A stretch of DNA of 64,000 nucleotides, taken from assembly GCF_009914755.1 (NCBI RefSeq), contig NC_060942.1; one strand, 5' to 3'. The position numbers and the translations under genes are program-made. Each line of letters opens with the position of its first letter. The stretch's first letter is position 1. Of this stretch, positions 44,570-58,545 are shown piece after piece. Source of the stretch: the human T2T-CHM13v2.0 reference genome, Homo sapiens. Below the pieces are notes generated by a model. That model did not search any database, was not told the origin of the DNA, and saw only the letters and a list, made by a program, of their open reading frames with translations.

Positions 44570-44825
44570 TGATGACAACAGTTACCATTTATAAAGTCTT
44601 AATTGTGTACCAGGCATGGTGCTTAATGTTTTTAATAGATTATTTTACTTCAACCTTCAAACAACCTTATTAGTTAGCTATTATTATTCCTATTTTATGG
44701 ATTAGGAGACTGAGTCTTTGCAAGGTTGTGTCACTTGCCCCATGTCACACAGCTAGCAAGTGCAGAGTTTTGGCTACTTGTTAATCTAACACTCAGGCCT
44801 GTTTTTCTAACCACTGAGCTTACTA
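44570..44825 (-). mobile_element. MIR, near full length
   Basis: GTGTACCAGGCATGGTGCTTAATG...ATTATTCCTATTTTATGGATTAGGAGACTGAG...CACTTGCCCCATGTCACACAGCTAGCAAG. Confidence 0.8.
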
Positions 44826-44870
44826 ACCCTCCTAAGTGGATAATGAACAATAAACAATTCCAGGAAATTT

Positions 44871-44992
44871 CAGGAAATCAAAAGAGTTGCTTAATTCTCA
44901 TAATTGTCATATAAGCAATTTATAGGAATATGCAATTCCAGGAAATCAAAAGACTTGCTTAATTCTCATAGTTGTCATATAAGCAATTTATA
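44871..44992. repeat. Local direct duplication: two 54-bp copies, 52/54 identical, period 68
   Basis: CAGGAAATCAAAAGA(G/C)TTGCTTAATTCTCATA(A/G)TTGTCATATAAGCAATTTATA at 44871-44924 and 44939-44992. Confidence 0.95.
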
Positions 44993-47900
44993 AAACTACC
45001 CTTCCAGGTGTCCTTTGGGGCTAGGATATATAAAAAGCATTTAGCAACAAAGAAAACAAGCAGGGAGCCCTATAGAAAACTAGAAAGGATAGAGAAAAAT
45101 ACATAAAAATGAGCATCTTTTATGCCATGACATTGGTTTCTCTGAAAAAAGGCTACTCCACTATCTGCTTTTCAAAAAAAGCCCCCCATCTTTATTAGAA
45201 AAACTGTTTTTCACTTTTATAACCCTTGCCACTTGGCCTGGTTAATCGTAACTATTTCTTTAGGGTCTATGAAAATTATGCCATATCATTGTTTAGTTCT
45301 CCTTTCCCTAACCAAAAAACAGTGGTGTAGATCAAGGCCCAGTTCAAGTCCTCTTCCTCCTTGATGACTCGGTGGTATAAAATGCATTGCTCTCCACTGT
45401 CTTCACAATTTATCCTTCTCATATGATTTTTTACCCATGTTTTATTACATTGTGATAAACCCTTTATACCTAGATACAGGTATAAATATCCTATGCTCCT
45501 TGATAGCAGGAGTCACATCTTACGTGTTTGTAAATAAAACAAAACTGGATGCTCAAAAATGTGTGACAAAGATAGTAGGAGTATGATTACATAGGCATCA
45601 GATATAGGATACACGACCACAGGGTTTTCTGCTTTGGTTTTCTTCTTCTGAAAGTTTGCAGGATACAGAGCAGGGCAAACATTTTAAAATTTGAGGTTTA
45701 TAAACACAACAATGCATCCCAGCTCACAGTTAACAAGCCAACTGCAAAGACAATGATCAAAAACAAATCAGTCAACAAATGCCAACAATAAGATGAAATA
45801 TAATAATAATGTCAACATTCAACAAAACCAGTCATAACAAGGGTCTTGAGATTTACCTTTAATACTGAAGTGTAATAATAGAGTCTAAGGGGGCATTTTT
45901 ACATATTTTATAAGGAAGTTTTAGGTTATATGAACCTTTAATACTTGGCCATAAAAATGAATCAATCACCATCTTGCAAGGGACCAAACTATAAATTTTC
46001 CAAATTCCCCTCACATTTGACTGCAGGTTAGTCCAAGTTCAGAAAATCCGGTTCAGCTATTTTCTTTTTCAACAGATTTCCACGTTATTAGAAGTACACA
46101 GTTAACCAGGTTTCATGCAGTAGACAAAATGGCATTGTGGGATTACATTAGTTCGACAGCTGCTTTATGACTATAGCTTCCAGACCAATTTATTTAATAT
46201 TGATCTTTAAACAAACATCAGTACAAATAAATTTGAGCACTCCAGTCCTGAGATTTTATATCTATAAAAGAGGCCTATATTCAGAGAAACAGGGCTGCTT
46301 GTATTTCTCCCTTTGATTCTGTTTTCTTTGATCCTACCAGGTATCAAATACATCAATGCCAAATTAAAACAAATCCATCTTCAGATAACACTCTGTTTAT
46401 AATCTTTCGTGCAGAAAGAATTTTTCTATCAATAACTTCCAGCAAGCATTTTAACTGATCTTTTTATTGCTTTATTCTGACTACTACAAAAGGCAGCCGT
46501 ACCCTGTCCTGACCGAACACCATGCCTGGCTCTACCTGGAATATCTGCTAGGAAGGGCTGAGTTCTATCCCCATCTCCATGCAGCTTGCTTTCTTTAACA
46601 ATTCCAAGCCAGCAGCAGGGACACACCAAGATCCAGCTGGCCCCTACTGAGAAAATTGCTGCACAAAGCTAGGGGTTCCGGAGGCCAATCTGAAGGCTTT
46701 TATGAGACAGCAGTTGACCATTTGGAGAAGGGGACAGCTGGGTGCTAAATATAAATGGGAAAAAAGACTTAGATAGGGAAATAGATAATGAATCCTGGGA
46801 TTAAACACTTGATTCAATTAGTAGGGCATGTATGAATGTGAAGCATAAATGGACGTGACATAATTATTTGCACAGGACTTATTTATGCCATTCTTAGTTA
46901 TCCTGATTGAGTATAGATACGAGGCTCACCAGAGGATGGATATTCTTGTGGTCTGGAAATGGGATAAAGTTCAAAGTTTTTGGTCACTATGTATTCACAT
47001 CTGTCATCTATTTTATGTTCACTGATTTCTATGCATTGAGTTTTAAAAAAATTAAAGTTTCTGTTCTGTTCTTTTCCTTCTCTCCTTCTTCTTTCCCTCC
47101 ATTCCTCCCTTCCTGCTTTCTTTTAAGTATAAATATTCTGGAAACAGGCTAGGTCAATGGATAAATCCTTATGAGAAATTAAAAAGCCCTTCAGCAAAAT
47201 GTTCAGTTTATTTCCAGATACCCTGAACCTGTACTAGCAAAGGGAGGTCTACCTGCTGCAAAACTGTAAGATAACTGTGTTTTGTGAGTGACAAATTTCG
47301 GTCATAGTCAGTGAAGGATTGGTTTTCAGAGCATTCGAATTAAAAAAAAAAGTCTTTTCACTTGTCATAAATTAGGGCTCAAGGAGAGATTGGGAAGACA
47401 TGATATTTTAATGCTTAACATCAGAAATGCCTAAAAGATACAATTATTTAAGACTACTATTCCTTAGTCAATATAATAGCTTGGTGCTATAAATATAGCA
47501 ACCAATCTATTATTTATACAAGTACCAGCTTCTGTTATGTCCCTTTTCAGTGTGCTCACATAAATGAACTCGGAGCATAAAACAAATGTACAGAAGAGGA
47601 ACTGTACCCATGATTTCTTCCTAATTTGAAAGGACTTTTCTTTTTCACCACATCCCTAAAACTATTGATAGGTGAAGATAAGTGAAGGGTGTCCACTGGC
47701 CAAATATAGTCTGCTGTCTTGCTTCTGGCACACAGGATGAAGCATTAAGGCACAGGTCTTTGTCCATGTAGCTGCTGAACCTTAAAGACAGGAGGCAGAC
47801 CCTCCATGCGGTATGAAGGGGAAGACAGGTGCTACTGTGTAACTTCTAAGGTGCTATGATTGAATCAGCCATAGATGTAGGTCTTCTTTCAGTCTGTGTG

Positions 47901-48694
47901 TGTTATGGGTAGAGAATGATTCTTTCCTCATAGAACTTTCCTATAGTGAGTATTAAATGGTAAAACACGTGTAAATTTGCTTTGATAACCAGAAGATGTG
48001 GGGCCAATATATAAGGTTGATATTCTTATAATTATCTATGATGTCATAATTATCATAGATATCTGTGCAGGCAATGATTTTATTAAAGGAAGCCCATATT
48101 TTATGGCTAATAGAGACCTTTATATTGGCTCATGTTTAAACCAGACTCAAGGCTGAGTTACATGGAAGAGCTGGTCTCATCTCTTGTTGCACCCCGATGT
48201 TCTATCTATAGATGGTTAACTGCATTCCCACAGGCAGCACTCTCATTGAGAATGCTATAAATTTTGTATGACATTTCTGTTGCAAACTTTACTTCACTGA
48301 TTCTTAAGAAGCTGGGGGCCACAGCTAAAGTGAAGCTATGCCTCACTTCTGGGTGTTCATATCTTGTAGTAGTTCATAATGGGTGCTCATAGAGTCCATA
48401 ATGAAAGATGAGACAATGGTGCTCATGAGACTCTGCCACCTGGGTGAGCAATGATAGCTGATGATGTCAGTCACAGATATCAGATATGCTCTGAGCAGAA
48501 AAAATTCTGAGAACCACCCCTCTACAGACACCTCCATCAAAACTTTTTTATAACAGAGAGCAATAACTATTCTTGTTTTTGGTCTTTCTGCCTATGGATC
48601 ATGAGCTCCCTGAGATATGCTCAGTATATCTTTGTACCCACAATTAATGAAAGTCCCTGGCTTATATTAGATAATAACTAAATGAGTACAGGTT

Positions 48695-49060
48695 AATAAA
48701 AAGAAACAAGTTAATGGCATTCACAGCAACCTGGATGGAACTGGAGACCATCCAGTTATTCTCAGTGCAGTAACTCAGGAATGGAAAACCAAACATTGTA
48801 TGCTCTCACTCATAAGTGGGAACTAAGCTATAAGGATGCAAAGGCATAAGAATGATACAATGGACTTTGGGGACTCAGGGGGTAAGGCTGGGAAGTGGGT
48901 GAGGGATAAAAGACTACAAATTGAGTACAGTGTATACTGCTTCGGTGATGGGTGCACCCAAATCCCACATATCACCCCTAAAGAACTTACTCACGTAACC
49001 AAATACCACCTGTTTCCCTAAAACCTACGGAAATAAAAAATTATAGGTAAATAAATAAAT
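48695..49060 (+). mobile_element. 5'-truncated L1PB (L1PB1-like) 3' end
   Basis: GGATGCAAAGGCATAAGAATGATACAATGGACTTTGGGGACTC...GGATAAAAGACTACAAATTG; TSD AAT(G/A)AGTACAGG(T/C)TAA on both sides. Confidence 0.9.
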
Positions 49061-49094
49061 AAGTACAGGCTAAAGGAGCAAAGTTGGAGAAGTG

Positions 49095-49270
49095 ATGATG
49101 GTTTTGAAACCAGGACATATAAGCAGTGTTTGAAGAGACCAGAGGATGTTGATCTTGGAGAAAAACCAAGAGAAGAAGATGTCAGCCACAATAAAATACA
49201 TGAAGGACTTTATAGTAGAATAAGGACTTTTTTCCATGTGGACTAGTGAATGGAAATTTCAGACACAGAC
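49095..49270 (+). mobile_element. L3/CR1 fragment
   Basis: GAAACCAGGACATATAAG...TTGAAGAGACCAGAGGATGTTGATCTTGGAGAA...AAATACATGAAGG resembles the CR1 3' region. Confidence 0.55.
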
Positions 49271-49279
49271 TCAGAGTAT

Positions 49280-50116
49280 CCTGGGATCCCTTCCTCTCTT
49301 TTATCTTTCACATCTATTGGGTCATAACTCCTAAATATTTCTAAATTCCATTTCTTCTCCATTTCCATTCCCATGGTTTTAGTTCTGATCCACCTCTAAA
49401 TCTCTTGGGCTAGTTATATTTCCCCCCATGTGGTCTCTCACCCCTTCAATTCTACTCTCCAGCTGGCTCCAGCTCTTTTTTTTTCTTTTTTCTTTTTTTT
49501 TTTTTTTGAGACAGAGTCTCGCTCTGTCACCCAGACTGAAGTACAGTGGTGTGATCACGGCTCACTGTAGCCTTGACCTCCTTGGCTCAAGTGATCCTCC
49601 CGCCTCAGCCCCCGAGTAGCTGGGAAGTGATCCTTCTGCCTTGGCCTCCCAAAGTGCTGGGATCACAGGTGTGAGCCACCGCACCTGGCCCTGATCCAGG
49701 TCTTATGTTGCTCCCCTGACTAAAATCTGTTCAAAGCCTCTTCATCGCCCTAAAAATAAAACCCAACTTCCTTGGCTTGGAAACAGGGTCTCTGAGGAGT
49801 GAGTGTCTCCCTGAATCTTTTAGAAATCCATGCTTTAGATACACTCTTCCTCTGATTCATATCCTTCTTCCTTGGCCTTCCTGGGACTCTGTACTCATCA
49901 TTGAAGATTCTGCTCAGAAGTTTCTTTGATAAACCTTCTTTGACCCTCTTAGGCATGTTCATTTAATCACTTCTGGTCATCTTCTAACACCTTGTGACTT
50001 AGCAGATTTTAATGATTTATGTTGTTACTATTATCACCTAGAAGAAAAATAACATTCTGTTTATCTTTTTACCCCCAATGATATGTTGAGTGAATAAATG
50101 ATTGACTGACTGAATG
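49280..50116 (+). mobile_element. L2 fragment split by an AluJ
   Basis: Pyrimidine-rich L2 texture, AAAATAAAACCCAACTTCCTTGGC, terminus ATATGTTGAGTGAATAAATGATTGACTGACTGAATG. Confidence 0.65.
49476..49690 (-). mobile_element. AluJ with internal deletion
   Basis: J-type CACTGTAGCCTTGACCTCC; jump GAGTAGCTGGGA|AGTGATCC removes the linker; degenerate TSD CTG..TCCAG.TCTT. Confidence 0.9.
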
Positions 50117-50790
50117 GCCCACTCTTTAAGCAGAACTTTGAAGACTGGACCAGGCTCTTTTGGGAGGTGGTGAGTCTTTAGGTGTTCAGCTAGTAGTCTG
50201 GACGAGACTTTTATCGTTTCTTTCAACTCTTTCCCTCTGCACCCCACTCCCTTAGGGCTTCTCGCTTAGCAGTAGGGTAGGAAGGAGTCAAGGCAGGCAT
50301 CATGCAGAAGTTGAATCTGAGCTTGCTGTTCAGACAAGCAGACTAGTGAGAAACTCACAGCTCTCTTTCACAGCCCAGGATCCAGGTTTAAATACTAGAA
50401 AAGCCCCCCAAAAATAAGCTAAGACTGTCAATCAGAGTTAAAGAGGATTTCACTTGAGGATTCATGTTGCACAAATAATGAATGACTTCTATGAACAAAA
50501 GATCTAAGCAAAGTCCAGTCCTTTCTTATGGAACGGGGGTTGGCAGATCTCTTGATGCTGGCTTGAAATGGTTATTTTTTTACATGAGAGAGCATAAGCA
50601 CTAACATAGCATTCCACTGCCTACACAGATCTCCCAGAGTATTAATGAGGAATGATCCCAAAAGACCGTTTTTATGAACCCTCACTGTGGAATCTTTCTA
50701 CACATTTTTGAAGCCCTAGCCACCCGGAAGATCAGAATACCTTTGTTTAGACATTTATTTAGTACACTACAAAGGCAATTTAGAAAACTA

Positions 50791-51123
<333 letters not shown>

Positions 51124-53386
51124 CTAGTGATCTCTAAAACTAAATGCCCCTCCCTAAGTGTCTAACCAATTACCAAGGGATTTTTACTGCCAGAGAAAAT
51201 TTAACATTTTTTTAAAAGTTTTACATCGGGTACAAAGGAGAGGAGACCCCGGAAAATTATGATATTGTGTTATGGTAAGTGGAAAAACGCCCGTTCACAG
51301 AAAACTCTCTTGACTACATACATCTTGAAGTTTTGCAGATAGGTCTGAGATCTGCTACAGGTTTAATTTCATGAGGAATGAATTTAATCTCTTTTTTTCT
51401 GCTCTTCCGTGTTGTCTTCTATTTTTGATACTTCGCTGGCATTAATGAAAACAGTGGAATTACTAGAGATAAAATGCAAAAGTTACAGAGCTACTGCTTT
51501 TCTACAAGAGTCTTGGGGATGGCCACGATGGGATGGAAGTTACTCTTCCTGAAATCTGACCCGAAATACCCCCCAAACACCATAAAATGTATAGATATTT
51601 GTCTTAAAACATAAACCCTGTGATCTTTATAAAATAGTTACTGACAAATAGTGAAACAGCTAGGTTTAAGGTTTTAAATGTATATTTTCTAATGGTGCTG
51701 ATGGCTGTGTTTACTATGTATTTTGGTACATGAAGTACTATTACTAAGTGGATCGTAATGCTGTCAGTATGGAGAATGTTGGTCAGCTAAACTTTCAAGT
51801 TGCATATAATTTATACTAATATTTTAAGTAATTCACTTGGTCATGTAAATGGAAATCATGATACTACAACTCTCTAATAAAAATCTGTGCTTTCAAATTA
51901 AAAATTTATTTCCTACACTGCCTATACACATTTCATCACAAGCAGGATTTATGAAGTCATGGGGAAGCCTGTTCTACCCTGCCCCCTCTCTTATTACCTT
52001 CTGGTACTGGGATAATGAGAAGCTTGACAACATGGCTTCAGGTTGGAATTAAAAGCCTCAAGCTCGTCCCACTCTGATTTTATGGGGCCTGGCTACTGAG
52101 ACTTCACAGGGCCTTGCTGAAACGGCCTGTCTACTTCAACTCCACATGGTCCCAGTCTGGCTAGGTCTTTGGATCAAACTCTTCTCGTGTGAATACAGAC
52201 AGCATCTGGGAAACTGCACTGCGGATGTCTCCACAGAGAATCACAGATGCTGTCAGGACCGAACTTCACACTCAAACATTTGATGCATTTTAAAAAGGGA
52301 TTCAGCCTCAGACTCAAACAGGCAGATGGATCGTCTAACACTTCAAAGGCTTTAGCATGATTGCTTTTTTTTTCTTTTGTCCTATAACCCATTCCTCTTC
52401 TCCTCCTTCTCCTCTCCAACATGCCTTTGCACAGTTCTAAAGGAAGCGACAAAGGTTCACCAGTGGTAATATCAAGAACACAACAAAACAAGCACAGATA
52501 CTTTATCTCCCTCATACAATCCTGAGTATTTCCAGTTCTAATGTCAATGGTTCTAAGAAATCAGGAATAGGGCAAAAGGAGAAGTCACAGAAACAATGAC
52601 AAGATTAAAGAAGCAACGAGGAAGTGTCAAGTTCTGTGTTCTGTGTCCATTCAGATGGTTTACCATCTTCCAAATCTGAACCTACTCTTCCCTAATAGTC
52701 AATTCCATTAGTAAAATGAGGGTATCCTGGATGGAAAGAATTGTTGATTTCATTCTGGTTCAAGCTATTTGGGGAAAAAAGTCCCAAATTCAACATGAAC
52801 TTTTTCTTAAAAGGCTTCCTTTCTACAACTATTAAAGCCATTATTAAATTAGAAACATGCTGTGGCCCGAAGCTGCTAATCTCTACACCAGTTCTAAAAT
52901 TGCTATTGCTGTTTCTCCATTAATTAATTACCAAGGTTTATACAAGTTGGCCAACTGACATGAAATGTGGACAAAAAGATTTTTCTCAGAGACATCTCAA
53001 AATAGGTGAATACCTGAGTCATTCACCTAGCTCTGATGGGATGGTTCTAAGGAACCATCAGGTAGGGGTGAAGGAAAAGAGGCAAAATAGGCAAAAGTGA
53101 ACTTCAGAAGTTTAATCACTCAATCAACAAATTCTTAATATAAGTTGAGGTACCAACCTCATCCCAAGTGCTTTGGGGGAAGAAATTTTATTAGCCTTCA
53201 ATACCCTGAAATTTAATAAAATCACCTATAAATAACTCAAATAATCTACCTGTAAATAACTCAAATCAGATGAGCTAGAAGCTAAAAGGTGATAAAATAC
53301 ACTTTTTGATAAACTCAGAGAAGGGTGAGCTGAACAAGACCTTAGAAATTGTCTAGTACACACCTTCTCTTTAAAAATAAGATGAC

Positions 53387-54345
53387 TCATGCATTGATGA
53401 AGACTTAAGTTCTTTCCATATTTTGGCTATTGTGAATAATGCACAATGAACATGGGAGTGCAGATATCTTTACGAGGTGGTGATTTCATTTTCTTTGGGT
53501 ATATGGCCAGAAGAGGGATTGCTGGGTCCTATATTACTTCTATTTTTTATTTCTTTAGGAGCATCCATACTGTTTTCTATAATGGTTGCACCAACCTACA
53601 TTCTCACCAACAGACAAGGGTTTCCTTTTCTCCATACCCTCATCAACATTTGTGATATCTTGTCGTTTAGTAATTGCTATCCTACCAGGTGTGAGGTGAT
53701 ATCTCATAGTGGTTTTGATTTGCATTTCCTTGATTAGTGATGTTGAGCACTCTTTCTTGTAACTGTTGGCCATTTTTATATCATATTTGGGGAAGTTTAC
53801 TTCAAGTCCTGTCATCTATTCAAGTTCTTTACCCATTTTTTAATTGGGTTGTATGTTTTCTTCCTATTGAGTTGTATGAGTTCTTTATTAATCTTGCCTA
53901 TTGACCCATTCTCTGATATAAAGTTAGCAAATATTTTTTCCCAATCTAGCAATTCCCTTTTCATTTTGTTGCTTTTTTCCACAGCAGATTTTTTTCTGCT
54001 CTGCAGAAGTTTTTTAGTTTGATGTAGCCCTATTTATTTATATTTGTTTTGGTAGCCTAGGGTTTTTAGTGTGATATCCAAGAAATCATTACCAAAGCCA
54101 ATGTCAAAGAGCTTCTCTCCAATGTTTTCTTCTAGGAATTTTATGGTTTTAGGTCTTACATTTAGGTCTTTTATCCATTTTGAGTTTATTTTTGTGTACA
54201 GTGTAAGATAAGGGCCCAATTTCATTCTTTTGCAAATGGAAATCTGGTTTTCCCAGTAGCATGTATGGAAAGGCCTATCCTTTCCTCACTGTGTCTTTTT
54301 GGTGTCCTTGTCCAAAATTAGTTGTCCATATATGTTTGGATGTAT
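53387..54345 (-). mobile_element. L1MA-type element, inverted 5' portion
   Basis: ORFs 54034-54225 (KLGPYLTLYTKINSKWIKDLNVRP) and 53555-53815 ([14 protein letters not shown]) are L1 ORF2p on minus. Confidence 0.9.
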
Positions 54346-54840
54346 GAACAAATGGATAAACTGTGGTATAAATATATGCAATAGAATATTATTCAGTCTT
54401 AAAAAAAGGAGGCAATCCTGCCATTTGTACAACATGGATGAACCAGGAGGACATTGTGCTAAATGAAATAAGCCAGGCACAAAAAGAAAAATATTGAATA
54501 GTCTCACTTATATGTGTAATCTTAATAAAAGGTTAAATAAAATATATAGAGAATAAAACAGTGGGAAAGATATTAAGTTTAAAGGACATAAAGCAAATAT
54601 GTAGGAAGAACTAGTCAACAGAGCTAATGTACAACATAAGGACTATAGTTAGTGATAGTGTACTGTACTCAGAATTTTTGCTAAAATGAGGAGATTATAG
54701 CTGCTCTGACCACAGCAGGCGGAAATGGGTAACTATGTGAAATGATAGATTTGTTAGGTTTTCCCATTATTATAACTATTTTACTATATGTATTTATCTT
54801 GTAACATCATGTTCTATACCTTAAATACAGACAATTTTAA
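54346..54840 (+). mobile_element. L1MA-type element (L1MA6/7-like), forward 3' end
   Basis: AATGGATAAACTGTGG...GCTAAATGAAATAAGCCAGGCACA...TGTACAACATAAGGACTATAGTTA...ATGGGTAACTATGTGA...ACCTTAAATA. Confidence 0.88.
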
Positions 54841-55521
54841 AAAATAAGGGGAAATGGACTTGTTTAATGCCACTCAATTAGAATGGCAGAGCCAAATTGA
54901 GAGTCCAGTTCCCATCAGCATCCATTTCTATGAACTTCCCACAGTGCCTTTCCTCTAGGTACTTGCATTCTGTGTGGGGGATTTCACTGCATAAAAACCT
55001 ATACATCAGTGTTCTTTATTTCAGAAGAAACATTTTCTCACGCTCATTCGTCTCTTCAAAGCAGAGATGCAAAATTCACACATGTGCATATATATTTCAA
55101 TACACTTTAAAAAGTCTAATGAGCAAAGTAGAAAGACTGGACCTGGTTTAATCCATTGAAATCTTGACTTAAATTTTATACATTACCTATATATACAATC
55201 CAGGCAAGAGTATTTTCTTCATCTGATGACTGTTGTAATTTGCAAAGGCTACTAGTACCCCATATATATGTAATTGTTTTTCATATATATGGAAAATCTA
55301 TATGTTACATTTAAAAATACCTAAGAATGAAAAATATATGCATATTAAACACTACTAAAAAGGTAAATAGCAAATAAAGGGAAAATAGTATTCTGAAAGA
55401 CAAAACATCTCATAGTCTTAAAACGTGAAGAGTTCTTAGAAATCAATATGAAGACAGCAAACCAATTTTTAGTGGACATGAGGCATGAAGGAGCTCTTGC
55501 CAAAATAACAACAAATAGAAA

Positions 55522-55827
<306 letters not shown>

Positions 55828-56254
55828 TCAATCTCACTAACAATAAAAAATTGAAAATTAAAATGACAGATTGTTGCTACATATCTGATGGAGGGTTTAA
55901 AATGTAAAATGTCTGTTTAAAAAAGTCTACGATTTAGTGTGGTCAAGTTTATGAGGAATGGGTATTCACATACAAAGATAGAGATGTGATTCAGTATAAC
56001 TTCAGTGATCAGAAACGGGAAAGTTCAAATGAAGAGCATTAAGAGTGTTCTTTTACTTTCTTACTCACAGAATTTATCCTAAGGAGATAATCAGAGATAA
56101 TACTATTAGAAGAGCAACACGTTGGTAACAATTCAGTGTCCAGTGTAGACCGTGCAAAACGTCTAAGTGGATTGCTTAAGCAAAGATGGGCACAAGTGTG
56201 TGAGGAACTGTCTTGCAATCATTAAGGCATATAAAGAATATAAAGAAGGAGTCC

Positions 56255-56750
56255 CTGTGTCTCAGTGATTTAGAACCAGTCTCTGAACTTCCAAACTGCT
56301 CAGTTCAAATCCTGCCAACTATTACCTGTGTGGCCTTGGGGAAGCTACTAAACCTTCTTTTTTTTTTTTGAGACGGAGTCTTGCACTGTCATCCAGGCTG
56401 GAGTGCAATGGTGCTGTGTTGGCTCACTGCAAGCTCTGTCTCCTGGGGTTCTAGTGATTCTCCTGCCTCAGCCTCCAGAGGAGCTGGGATTACAGGTACC
56501 TGCCACCATGCCCAGCTAATTTTTTTGTATTTTTAGTAGAGACGGGGTTTCACTATGTTGGCCAGGCTGGTCTTGAACTCCTGACCTCAGGTGATTCACT
56601 CACCTCGGCCTCCCAAAGTGCTGGGATTACAGGCATCAGCCACTGCGCCTGGCCTACTTAACCTTTTAGTGCTTAGTTTTCTCTAATATAAAATGGGGAT
56701 AACAGTAGTACCTATCTCATAGAATAGTTGTGGTTTCGTTAAATACTTGA
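56255..56750 (+). mobile_element. MIR split by an Alu
   Basis: GTTCAAATCCTGCCAACTATTACCTGTGTGGCCTTGGG [Alu] GTGCTTAGTTTTCTCTAATATAAAATGGGGATAACAGTAGTACCTATCTCATAG. Confidence 0.8.
56358..56654 (-). mobile_element. AluS, full length
   Basis: Dimeric Alu antisense; TSD CTACT(A/T)AACCTT. Confidence 0.95.
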
Positions 56751-57273
56751 TATCTTTGAAGATATTTAATGACAAAGGGATAGGTGTATTATGTACTAAT
56801 TTTGAGGAGGAAAAGCAGAAACCATTTAAAATATTATATTGTATATAGTAAGATCATATATATATTTAAAGTATATATGCATGTGCATGTATATTTGCAT
56901 AAATTTTTTAAAAGGCTGAAGAAAGAAAAAACTTGAAGAAAACATTCCAAAATGCTACAATGTACCACCTCTTACAGTTCTGAGTAATTAATTTTTTAAT
57001 TAATTTAAATTTTAATTAATTATTCTGCATTTTCCCAATTGGCCATAATCATCAAAAATACAGATTATTCAAAGGAAATACAGGAATAACTTCTCTATAT
57101 TGTTATTCTCTGATTTTTAGGGAAGAAATCTTCAAAGGAAAAGGAAACACTATTATCCATGAAACCACGAAAGCATGAAAAGAGACACTCTGTAAAACAG
57201 TTGAGGATGCTAAAGAACACAGGGAAGGAAGAAGAAAAGGAAATGAAATGAGGTAAGAAGAGGAAAAAATACC

Positions 57274-57687
<414 letters not shown>

Positions 57688-58369
57688 TCAGAGTGATTTG
57701 CCCGGTTGCCCCCATTCAGAGCCTTCTTTACAGTGAAATGTAAAGTGCTGCAACTTTAGGATATGGTTACAAGAAAATGGTTAAAGGTAACCGAGAAGCT
57801 GATCATTATCAATTAAGTTGTGCTCACTTGGCATGGTGGGGTGTATTCTACAAAGTGAGGTAAACAGTTTCTTCCATGACAATTTTCTTTTTATTTTCTT
57901 CACAGTACATTTATTTGCTATGTTGCCCAAAGTTTGGATAACCCCAGCATCCAGGAATATCCTGGGGGCAGGGTAGAAAGAAATTGTGATCTAAAGAAAG
58001 ACATACAGATGTTTAAGTTTTCTGCTATTACTGGCTGAGAAAAGAATCTAAACCAGGGAACATGTAAAAAACAGGAGTGTTGCTTTCTGCAGAGGAGAAA
58101 CGACTAACACTAACAAAAAAAAAACCATAGATATTTTGGGTTGTAAGATTGATGACTAAATAACGATCACATCTGTGGATGATGAGGGAAAGTCCTCCAG
58201 CTAGGTACTGATTGAGTGGGTCACTGCAAAATTCAGAGTAGTTTGGTAGTTACACAGTTAATACTTGGGAGAGGAAAGAAGCTGTGAACCTTGATAGGGC
58301 TGGACAGAATAAGGGGGCCACTTCACTGTGCCAAATTTAGAAATGTCACATCGGGGTCAACAAAGTTAC

Positions 58370-58545
58370 ACTCACTAAGAAAGACTCAGGATATGTGGCT
58401 TTGGACAAGCTACTCAGTATCCTTCGGCCTTGGTGTTCTCAGTGTAACACCAAGATAATAGTACACATGGTTATGCGGGTGGAGTAAATGAGACAATATG
58501 TGTCATGCTAAGCTCAGTGCAAGGTATTCTACAAATGACAGCTGA
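58370..58545 (+). mobile_element. MIR fragment
   Basis: TGTGGCTTTGGACAAGCTACTCAG...AAGATAATAGTAC...GTAAATGAGACAATATGTG. Confidence 0.65.
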
